64,000 nucleotides of DNA, taken from Candidatus Saccharicenans sp. (GTDB lineage: Bacteria; Acidobacteriota; Aminicenantia; Aminicenantales; Saccharicenantaceae). The DNA lies in assembly GCA_030017715.1 (NCBI GenBank), contig JASEIU010000001.1, positions 1,079,845 through 1,143,844 on the forward strand. The letters run 5' to 3'. This document shows, piece after piece, positions 56,374-64,000 of the stretch. A program made the translations under genes and the position numbers. Positions within the stretch are counted from its first letter, which is position 1; each line of letters opens with the position of its first letter. The notes under the pieces are model-generated. The model saw nothing but the letters and a program-made list of their open reading frames with translations, made no database searches and was not told the DNA's origin.

Positions 56374-58764
56374 TCAGTCTTCATAATATCGCCGCCTGAT
56401 TCTCTTTGGCCTGTCGTTAATCGGGTCGGCATCCAGAACCCACATTCCGCGACCGTGGGTGGCAATGACGATGACGTTGTCTCTGGGATGAACAATAAGG
56501 TCATGGACATAAACTGAGGGCAGATTGCCTCCCAGCACCTGCCAGGTTTGTCCCCGGTCTCTGGAAGCATACACCCCGAGGTCTGTGCCCACATAGAGAA
56601 TATTGCGGTCTACCGGGTCTTCCCGGATCACGTTAACCGGTCCCAGGGGCAGCCCCCTGGAAATATCTTTCCAGGTCCGTCCGAAATCGTTGGACATCCA
56701 GACATAGGGCGCAAAATCATCATCAAATCTTCCCTGCTGGGTCAGAAAGACCGTGCCCAGATCGTACTGGCTGGCCACAATTCTGGATACCCACTTCTGG
56801 TAAGGCAATCCGGCCGTGATTTCCTGCCAGTTTTTGCCCCCGTCCCTGGTTACCGAAACCCGCCCGCAATCAGTGCCCACATAAATCAGGCCGTATTTCA
56901 GCGGAGATTCCGAAATGGCTGTAATGGTGTGGTAAGGAATATCGCCAGCTTCGGCCGGAGTAAAATAGGTCAGGTCGGGGCTGATCCTTTCCCAGGTATC
57001 CCCGCGGTCAAGAGACCTGAAAAGATACTGCATTCCATGATAAACGATGTTCGGATTGTGGGGCGAAAGTATAAAATGGGCCAGCCACTGGCCGCGAAGT
57101 TTCGGTTCTTCGGGGAAAACTCGAGGGACTATCAGTTTGGTTCTTTCCGGTCCGCGCAGGCTCAGATCCGTTCTGGTCAGATTCCCGTAAAATCCGCATG
57201 AATATACCAGGTTGGGGTTGGTGGGGTCGATGGCATGATGGGAGCCCTCTCCGCCCGGGGCTCTTTCAAAGGCCACCGGACGTATTGAATTTCGGCCGCG
57301 GCTGAGGTCGACCGTCGCCCGGTAACTGCCGTGGTCCTGCATTGAGCCATAGACATGAAACGGGGTATCCAGATCATAATTTATGTTAAAAAACTGGCAG
57401 ACCGGAAGAGTGGAACTGGTATTCTTCCAGTTCTTCCCCCCGTCATAGGAAATTTCCAGGCCGCCATCGTTGACGTTGACCAGATAGTTTGGATTCTCAG
57501 GGTCAATCCACAGTCCGTGGTTATCAACATGGTACATATTCGGAACTTCTGTAAAGGTCCGGCCGCCGTCATGCGAAACGCTCATCGGAACGCCCATGAT
57601 ATAGACGGTATCAGGATCGCTCGGGTCAACCCTTATCTGCCCGAAGACCCAGCCGTAAGTTCCGGAGTGGCTTTCTAAATATTTTTTCATTTCCTCAGTT
57701 GTCGGGGCGGTTAGCCGCCAATTTTCTCCCCCATCGTCCGAGCGGAAAACGGTGGCTCCCTTAATCAGGCCGGTGCTTGGCAGGCCATAGGCATCGTTCT
57801 TTTCTTCGTCGCTTGGCTGTCTCGAGACTTCATAGTTATCCACCAGGGCATAGAGAATTCTGGGGTTCTTCAGACAGACATCGATTCCTATTCTACCCCG
57901 GAACCTGGCCTCCGGCAGACCGTTGTTGATTTCTTTCCAGGTCTTCCCGCCGTCGGTGGATTTCCAGATGCCGCTGCCGTTATAGTGAGGCTCGTTGCGA
58001 GGGTCATTCCATTTTTTCCTGATTCTCTGCCAGGTTACCGCATACAGGGTATCAGGATCGGCCGGGTCCATGGCCAGGTCAATGGCTCCGGTCCGGTCAT
58101 CGATATAAAGTACCCGGGACCAGCTTTTTCCGCCGTCAGTTGTCTTATAGACGCCCCTTTCCTGATTATATGTCCATTCATGGCCGGAGGCAGCCACGTA
58201 GACCAGGTTCGGGTTTTTGGGGTGGATGAGAATCCTGGAGATGGTGTTGGTGTCGGTCAGGCCCATATGTTCCCAGGTTTTTCCTCCATCGGTCGATTTG
58301 TAAACACCGCAGCCGGGATGAGAGCTTCTAAAAATATTGGCTTCCCCGGTGCCGACCCAGATAATCCTGTCATCGGAAGGAGCCAGGGCGATATCTCCGA
58401 TCGAGCTGGAAAGTTCATGCTCAAAAATCGGTTCCCAGGTTGTGCCCTCATTTTCAGTCTTCCAGACCCCTCCCGAGGCGGTGCCAACATAAATGGTATA
58501 ATTCTTTCCCCTCGGTGTCACCACGGCCACATCGGTGCAGCGACCGCTGACGTTGGTCGGACCCAGAAACTGCCATTTGAGTCCGGCCAGAGAAGAAGCG
58601 GCCCGCATCTGAAGGTGCTGTTCAAAACCCTTAAGCCTGACCTCCGGCGGGGTATTCTGAATTCTAACCGGTTTTTTCCGGGCCTGAGACAAACCCTGAA
58701 AGCCCGTAAAGCAAACCAGAATCATCAGCAAAACAATAAACAGACAATTGATGTTTTTTTTCAT
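56374..58764 (-). CDS. Secreted VPS10/BNR beta-propeller protein (lacks the C-terminal extra domain)
   Basis: Signal peptide, Asp-boxes, GSMQDHG, ATHGRGMW. Confidence 0.85.
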   Translation of the reverse strand: MKKNINCLFIVLLMILVCFTGFQGLSQARKKPVRIQNTPPEVRLKGFEQHLQMRAASSLAGLKWQFLGPTNVSGRCTDVAVVTPRGKNYTIYVGTASGGVWKTENEGTTWEPIFEHELSSSIGDIALAPSDDRIIWVGTGEANIFRSSHPGCGVYKSTDGGKTWEHMGLTDTNTISRILIHPKNPNLVYVAASGHEWTYNQERGVYKTTDGGKSWSRVLYIDDRTGAIDLAMDPADPDTLYAVTWQRIRKKWNDPRNEPHYNGSGIWKSTDGGKTWKEINNGLPEARFRGRIGIDVCLKNPRILYALVDNYEVSRQPSDEEKNDAYGLPSTGLIKGATVFRSDDGGENWRLTAPTTEEMKKYLESHSGTYGWVFGQIRVDPSDPDTVYIMGVPMSVSHDGGRTFTEVPNMYHVDNHGLWIDPENPNYLVNVNDGGLEISYDGGKNWKNTSSTLPVCQFFNINYDLDTPFHVYGSMQDHGSYRATVDLSRGRNSIRPVAFERAPGGEGSHHAIDPTNPNLVYSCGFYGNLTRTDLSLRGPERTKLIVPRVFPEEPKLRGQWLAHFILSPHNPNIVYHGMQYLFRSLDRGDTWERISPDLTYFTPAEAGDIPYHTITAISESPLKYGLIYVGTDCGRVSVTRDGGKNWQEITAGLPYQKWVSRIVASQYDLGTVFLTQQGRFDDDFAPYVWMSNDFGRTWKDISRGLPLGPVNVIREDPVDRNILYVGTDLGVYASRDRGQTWQVLGGNLPSVYVHDLIVHPRDNVIVIATHGRGMWVLDADPINDRPKRIRRRYYED

Positions 58765-58844
58765 CGGGAACTCCGTTTAACTAATTGACAGGTTCTTTTT
58801 ACCGAAAAAATCGGTCCATATCAAGGAAAAACCGTCGATCTCGA

Positions 58845-59108
58845 TTAAGGTTTGTCGGGCATTTCTTTTTCCACCACGATGGTCAGGTTTGAGGCCAGAG
58901 CGGCCACCGCCCCGATGGCCGCCCAGACCGGAGCAATCAGCGTGCCCACAATGCCTACGGTTAGAGGGATTTCCATAAAAGTGCGTCCGTCTTCGGTCTT
59001 GAAAATTATCCGACGGGCATTCCCTTCCCTGATAATTTCCTTGATTTTTTCCAGGATTTCCGAGCCGGTAACCTTGAATTCTTCAAACCGGGCCTTTTTT
59101 TCTTCCAT
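58845..59108 (-). CDS. DUF4342 family protein
   Basis: EKIKEIIREGNARRII..EIPLTVG..AP..AAIG..AAL. Confidence 0.85.
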   Translation of the reverse strand: MEEKKARFEEFKVTGSEILEKIKEIIREGNARRIIFKTEDGRTFMEIPLTVGIVGTLIAPVWAAIGAVAALASNLTIVVEKEMPDKP

Positions 59109-59132
59109 CTCACTCTCCTTTAATATTAAGAA

Positions 59133-59675
59133 TCATAAATATTTCTTCAGTATAAGCCTGGAACCGGGCAGCAAGGAATTTTCGTCCACCTCTCTCCAGG
59201 CAGCATAGCTTATCTTCCATCTGTTTTCTTTTTTTTCCAGCTGAAAATCAAATCGATAATAAACTCCCACCAGGCCGACCAGCTTTCTCAGGTTCTCCAG
59301 CGGGCCGGAAGACAGCAGCACATCGGCCTCCACCTCCGCCCGATTCTCATTAATATCTACGTAAATATCAAGGAGATGGATGACAATCCCGCGATAATTC
59401 TTAAAATAATATTCCAGCAGACTGAGGGTCTGCCGGCGGTCACGCCCCTCAAAATCGCGGTATTCATCTCCCAGATGCTCAATGATTTTAACCGGGTCTT
59501 TCTTTTCGGCCAGGCCGGCTACAGAGCGCAACAGGTCCCTGATAACTTCCGTCTGACTGGTCTGCCGGCAGCTTTGAGCCCAGGGCAGCAAACCGCCAAC
59601 TAACAGCAACAGGGCTACCAGACTAGGAGAACGGCGGGAAGATTTTAGGCTGACATTTTCTTGACTGTTTTTCAT
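59133..59675 (-). CDS. Hypothetical lipoprotein, probable NTF2-like fold
   Basis: Lipobox-like AQSC; YRDFEG, Y.F.FQLEKKENRWKI. The ORF extension to 59813 overlaps the upstream gene. Confidence 0.65.
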   Translation of the reverse strand: MKNSQENVSLKSSRRSPSLVALLLLVGGLLPWAQSCRQTSQTEVIRDLLRSVAGLAEKKDPVKIIEHLGDEYRDFEGRDRRQTLSLLEYYFKNYRGIVIHLLDIYVDINENRAEVEADVLLSSGPLENLRKLVGLVGVYYRFDFQLEKKENRWKISYAAWREVDENSLLPGSRLILKKYL

Positions 59676-59772
59676 CAATATGGACTGCCCATCTTGAATT
59701 TCAGGCCGACCCGGCTTGATTTGCTGGCCCGGATCAGTATTTAATTCTGGCCGAACCGGAAGGCGTCCCGGC

Positions 59773-61620
59773 TTATCCGGCCGAAACTCCTCCACCTCCG
59801 CCGCCTCCGCCACCTCCGCCGCTGAAGCCCCCTCCGCTTCCCGACGAGTAATGGGCTGCCTGGGTGCTGGCCTGGCTCAGAGCCGAAGCTGCCCGCTCTA
59901 TCGAGGCGATAGTAGATGAAATGGCATCCAGCTGGCGGCCGAGACCGGCTGCTCCGTAAACTCCGCCTATCCAGGCGGCCGGGACAGCCTGCTCTCCCTC
60001 AAGGATCCTGGGCAGCATCTTGACCAGCTTTTTAGCGTTCCCAAAGAGAATGCCGAAAACCAGATATTTATCCCAGAGGCGGTAAGCTTCGGCCGGGATT
60101 TCTGTGAATTCCGAAAAATCATCCAGGAACCTGTCGAGAGCTTTCCACAATTCATTTTCCCGGGCCCAGTCCCGCCGGCGCCTTTTAAGTTTAGGGGCCA
60201 GGATTAAGTTCATTATGAACATAACCGGAGAAAACGTCAGGCTGGCCACGACCAGGCTGATGATCAGAAAAACCTGGCTCAGCCGACGGCTTTCCGGTTC
60301 CAAAAAGCCCAGCTTCCTGCTTTCCTGCTGCACTTCCTTCTGCCACTGTCTGAACCACACCTGGTATTCGGCCGGATGTTTTTTGAGATAGCTGATCAGT
60401 TCATCCAGGGCTACCCGGCCTCCCGGCTGGTTGGTTTCACCGGCCCGGTCAAAAACGACCTCCAGGACCGACTTTTCCCAGTCTCTCAGGCTGTCATCCT
60501 GCCGGTAATTTTTATTCAGCTCAAAAAATGTTTTCTCCTTTATTTTTGAACCCAGAAGGGTTTTCTTCTCAACCTTCTCGTCTTCTATCGTCAGATAACC
60601 TCTGGTGGCCAGGTCGAAAATAGTGGCGGTAAAGGCAACCGGCAACGGTTTCTCGCCTTCCCGCCGCAGAACCTGAACCAGGGCCGGTGGCAGGTCGGAT
60701 GGCAATTCCCGGTAATATTCGGGAATATCTTCGAAGCGATAGTCCCGTCCGATTCTTTTCCAGTAATATAAATAAATCATGAGCCATAAAATCGGACCGA
60801 TTATCTGCCATATTACCCAGGCCAGCCCGATTTTCTTAATAATGGTCATCTGACGTGCTTCTCTCTCCCGGGCCTGTCTCGCTCTGGCTATGGTTTCCTG
60901 AACGAACCGGGCTTCTTCTTCCTTTATCTTTTCCAGTGTGTAACCGGTTGCCGGCTGTCCGTCTACCATTCCAGCGGGCCAGACCGCCCTGATTTCCATA
61001 AACTGTCGTGAGGCGATACTGGTAGCCTCAAAGCGCAGCGTTTTTTCGTCAATAATTTCAGACCGACCGGAAAGCGGACCATGTCCGTAGACCAGAAGCT
61101 GATCGCGGCCGGGCACGGGTTCGGGCAGATGGACAGTCACTTCGGCCCTGGCCGTAGGCCGGTCAACTTCCGGACCGATAATTTGCCAGTAAAGCTCGCT
61201 TACCTCCGGATAATTCAGTATGCCGTTAACCACCCGGTAGGAAAGGTTAAAGGTGCGCCTCTCATTCCTGGCCGAAAAATGCCATCTGGCCTGAAATTTC
61301 CCGGCCTCAACTTTTGTTTCCAGCGGCAGGTCTAAACCGCGTTCGTCCCGGACGCGAAACTCCTGTATTTTCACCTCCAGGCTGGAATTCTTTCTGGCCC
61401 GGAGCGGAATCCAGAGCGAAGCCCATGAAAATTGCCCCTGAAATTCGAAGGTCAGGAATTCTTCAACGATAAAAGAACCGTCTTTTTGAACGTATAGGTC
61501 TGCCCTGAGCTCCGGAATAAAATAATTCTTGGTTTCAGCAGCCAGCCGGCCTTTAACAGGGGCTAACAACGCTAAAAACAAGAAGCAGGTCGATAAAACC
61601 AGCCTGAGAGAACGATGCAT
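59773..61620 (-). CDS. DUF2207 family membrane protein
   Basis: Signal peptide, VQKDGS..VEE, ELYWQ, ATIFDLA.RGYL, LWDKYLVFG, Gly-rich C-terminus. Confidence 0.85.
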   Translation of the reverse strand: MHRSLRLVLSTCFLFLALLAPVKGRLAAETKNYFIPELRADLYVQKDGSFIVEEFLTFEFQGQFSWASLWIPLRARKNSSLEVKIQEFRVRDERGLDLPLETKVEAGKFQARWHFSARNERRTFNLSYRVVNGILNYPEVSELYWQIIGPEVDRPTARAEVTVHLPEPVPGRDQLLVYGHGPLSGRSEIIDEKTLRFEATSIASRQFMEIRAVWPAGMVDGQPATGYTLEKIKEEEARFVQETIARARQAREREARQMTIIKKIGLAWVIWQIIGPILWLMIYLYYWKRIGRDYRFEDIPEYYRELPSDLPPALVQVLRREGEKPLPVAFTATIFDLATRGYLTIEDEKVEKKTLLGSKIKEKTFFELNKNYRQDDSLRDWEKSVLEVVFDRAGETNQPGGRVALDELISYLKKHPAEYQVWFRQWQKEVQQESRKLGFLEPESRRLSQVFLIISLVVASLTFSPVMFIMNLILAPKLKRRRRDWARENELWKALDRFLDDFSEFTEIPAEAYRLWDKYLVFGILFGNAKKLVKMLPRILEGEQAVPAAWIGGVYGAAGLGRQLDAISSTIASIERAASALSQASTQAAHYSSGSGGGFSGGGGGGGGGGGVSAG

Positions 61621-61704
61621 CCTGAACCTCTTTCGGATTAAGGGCTTCTAACAGAAAAGGCCCGAAACGCTAATAGAATAGTTCGTGATTCCGGTGGCTG
61701 AGCT

Positions 61705-62067
61705 TCAGCGTGAGAGAACCTTTCGATAAACATGCTCCAACAGATGCACCCGACTCTGGGGATCGAGCTCCACAAATTCCAGTCCCATCTCAAAGACGTC
61801 ATCATCAAACAGGCTCTTGACCCAGCGGACCTCGGCAATGCCGGAGATCAGTTTCTGGGATTCAGCCAGAGCGATTTCCAGACGAATCCTGGTTTTGACA
61901 GGCAGGGGTGAATCGGTCATCAGGCGCAGGCCGCCCACCGAGATATCTCGCGTGAATGAATAGAACGATTTTTCTTCCTGCTGCTCGTTTTCCGGGAGAA
62001 TATGGAGAACGACTTTATTCTCGCCATCCAGTCTTTTTTCTCTTCTTTTTTCCATTGCCGTCGTAAT
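61705..62067 (-). CDS. Stand-alone PilZ domain (c-di-GMP receptor); start ATT 62067 or ATG 62055
   Basis: RxxxR (RREKR) and DxSxxG (DISVGG), AEVRWV, MGLEF. Confidence 0.85.
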   Translation of the reverse strand: MTTAMEKRREKRLDGENKVVLHILPENEQQEEKSFYSFTRDISVGGLRLMTDSPLPVKTRIRLEIALAESQKLISGIAEVRWVKSLFDDDVFEMGLEFVELDPQSRVHLLEHVYRKVLSR

Positions 62068-62164
62068 GGCTTTCCTCCTTTGCCTTTTTGTTTTAATTAT
62101 CATAGCTCAAGAAAAAATTCAACAAAAATATTTTGTCCACTTTATCTGCGGGCAGTTGATAAAT

Positions 62165-62193
62165 TTGACAAAAAATACGGAAAAAAATATTCT
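62165..62193 (+). promoter_or_regulatory. Sigma70 promoter
   Basis: TTGACA, 17-nt spacer, TATTCT upstream of the MFS gene. Confidence 0.65.
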
Positions 62194-62236
62194 TCTTCTT
62201 AAATCGGTTAAGATTTTCGAAGAAAGGAGCGAGCTG

Positions 62237-63466
62237 ATGAGTGTTAAATTCCGACTGAGCGCCATGATGTTTCTTGAGTACGCCATCTGGGGTTCCTGGG
62301 CCCCGGTGCTTTCCGCTTATCTTCAGAACAACCTGGGATTCAGCGGCGGTCAGCTGGGCATCATCTTCAGCCTGCTGCCGCTGGCCACGATCATTTCTCC
62401 CTTTCTGGGAGGGCAGCTGGCCGATCGCTATTTCGCCAGCGAAAAAGTAATAGGTGTTCTTCAGCTGGCCGGAGGCCTGCTGCTGATCCTGATAGCCAGC
62501 ATTACCGATTTTCAACCGATGATGTGGTTGATGCTGGTCTACTGCCTGGTCTACGCCCCGACACTGGCTCTGACCAACTCCATCGCTTTTGTCAACCTAA
62601 AGAGTTCGGAGAAAGAATTCGGAGCCATCAGGGTCTGGGGAACCATCGGCTGGATAGCCGCCGGCTGGGCTCTGGCCGGCTGGCGCTGGCTGGTTAAATC
62701 GCCGGAAGGAATCGCCTTAAGGGGAGACACCCTGATTCTGGCCGGAATCTTTTCTATAATTATGGGCTTATACTCCTTCAGCCTGCCCCATACTCCTCCG
62801 CAGAAAGATGCTGCCAAGCCCTGGGCCTTCCTGGAGGCGCTGAAAATGCTGAAGGATAAGAATTTCCTTGTTTTCGCCGTCATTTCCTTTGTGGTGGCCA
62901 CTGAGCTTCAATTCTACTATGTCCTGACCTCGCCCTTCCTGACCCAGAAAGTGGGTGTGAATCAACAATCGGTCTCCTTCGTCATGACCATTGCCCAGAT
63001 TGCTGAAATCTTTGTCATGGCTTTCATGCTGAGCTGGGCCTTGAAGAAATTCGGGATGCGGATGACCCTGACCCTGGGCATCCTGGCCTGGCCCATCCGT
63101 TACATCATTTTTGTCATCGGACAGCCTTCCTGGCTGGTTATTGCTTCTCTGGCCCTGCATGGCTTCTGTTACGTCTTCTTTTTCACCGCGGCCTATATCT
63201 ATGTCGACAACATTGCTCCCAAGGATATTCGTCATTCGGCCCAGAGCCTGATTGCCGTGATCATTCTCGGGTTTGGTAATTTTGTCGGCAGCCTGTTCTG
63301 CGGCTGGATTCAGGACGTTTTCACCCGGGAGGGAGTGGTCAACTGGCGCGGTACTTTCCTGGTGCCCACGGTGCTGACCCTGCTCTGCCTGGTAATTTTC
63401 CTGGCTTTCTTCAGAGAAAGCCGCAACAGGTCAGCGGAATCGGGACAGGCCGCAACGACAGATTAA
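62237..63466 (+). CDS. MFS nucleoside:H+ symporter family (NupG/XapB-like)
   Basis: RLSAMMFLEYAIWGSW, GQLADRYF, PTLALTNSI, IRVWGTIGWI, LPHTPP. SD AAGGAG precedes ATG 62237. Confidence 0.88.
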   Translation: MSVKFRLSAMMFLEYAIWGSWAPVLSAYLQNNLGFSGGQLGIIFSLLPLATIISPFLGGQLADRYFASEKVIGVLQLAGGLLLILIASITDFQPMMWLMLVYCLVYAPTLALTNSIAFVNLKSSEKEFGAIRVWGTIGWIAAGWALAGWRWLVKSPEGIALRGDTLILAGIFSIIMGLYSFSLPHTPPQKDAAKPWAFLEALKMLKDKNFLVFAVISFVVATELQFYYVLTSPFLTQKVGVNQQSVSFVMTIAQIAEIFVMAFMLSWALKKFGMRMTLTLGILAWPIRYIIFVIGQPSWLVIASLALHGFCYVFFFTAAYIYVDNIAPKDIRHSAQSLIAVIILGFGNFVGSLFCGWIQDVFTREGVVNWRGTFLVPTVLTLLCLVIFLAFFRESRNRSAESGQAATTD

Positions 63467-63555
63467 TTCAATTTAAGAGGAGAGGTTTATTCATTCGGTT
63501 CAAAAATTGCCTTCATTTTTAACAAGACTAAAAAATTGGAAAAAGGAGAGTTAAT

Positions 63556-64000
63556 ATGAAAACAAATAAGAAAACATTGGGAATAGGCTTTATCGGCGGT
63601 GGTTTCATCACCAGATTTCATATCAGGTCCTGGGTGGGCGTTCGCAATGCCGACATTCTGGGCATCTATGACCCCGACCTGAAAAGAGCCGGAGAAGCGG
63701 CCGCCCTGGCCCGGCAGCTTAGAGTCGGAGACGCCAGACTGTATAAATCAATAACCGAGATGGTGGCCGATCCGGCCATAGACGCCATCTGGATCTGCTC
63801 CCCCAATTATACCAGGACCGAGGTCATGGAAGAAATTGCCGAAGCGGTGATAAAAGGCAAAGGCGAGCTGATAGGGGTCAGCTGCGAAAAGCCTCTGGGA
63901 CGCAATGTCCGGGAAGCCCGGCGGATGCTGCAACTGGTCCAGAAAGCCGGTTTGCTTGATGGCTACCTGGAAAACCAGGTTTTTGCTCCGGCCGTGGTCA
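63556..64000 (+). CDS. Gfo/Idh/MocA family oxidoreductase, N-terminal part, runs off the window
   Basis: Read by hand: MKTNKKTLGIGFIGGGFITRFH...IDAIWICSPN...CEKPLGRN; SD AAGGAG. Confidence 0.88.
   Translation, partial: MKTNKKTLGIGFIGGGFITRFHIRSWVGVRNADILGIYDPDLKRAGEAAALARQLRVGDARLYKSITEMVADPAIDAIWICSPNYTRTEVMEEIAEAVIKGKGELIGVSCEKPLGRNVREARRMLQLVQKAGLLDGYLENQVFAPAVV

Overview
A gene-dense, ordinary chromosomal window from a diderm anaerobic bacterium. The Omp85 protein, Tat and Sec exported enzymes, PFOR and several VPS10/BNR propeller proteins suggest a peptide- and glycan-degrading lineage such as Ca. Aminicenantes; this is inference, not a database result. Core genes include glmS, dnaX-ybaB-recR, tadA, hom, thrC, rocD, hflKC, PFOR, RNase P RNA, tRNA-fMet and two tRNA-Ser. 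There are also peptidases (PepD, PepP, an M16 pair), a two-subunit hydantoinase/oxoprolinase, a sarcosine-oxidase/proline-dehydrogenase-like pair, a FecCD-type ABC importer and exported glycosidases (GH20, GH127/146, GH88/105). I found no transposase, integrase, prophage or CRISPR array. Best leads: (1) a tandem-GNAT protein collinear with eukaryotic N-myristoyltransferase; (2) RNase P RNA starting inside the coding 3' end of an NtrC-type regulator; (3) two genes that appear to start at ATT; (4) an exported rhodanese + 46-aa CXXC membrane peptide + membrane ferredoxin module; (5) a propeller protein carrying a duplicated helical insert; (6) a candidate -1 frameshift signal in dnaX. All family calls come from motif recognition by eye.
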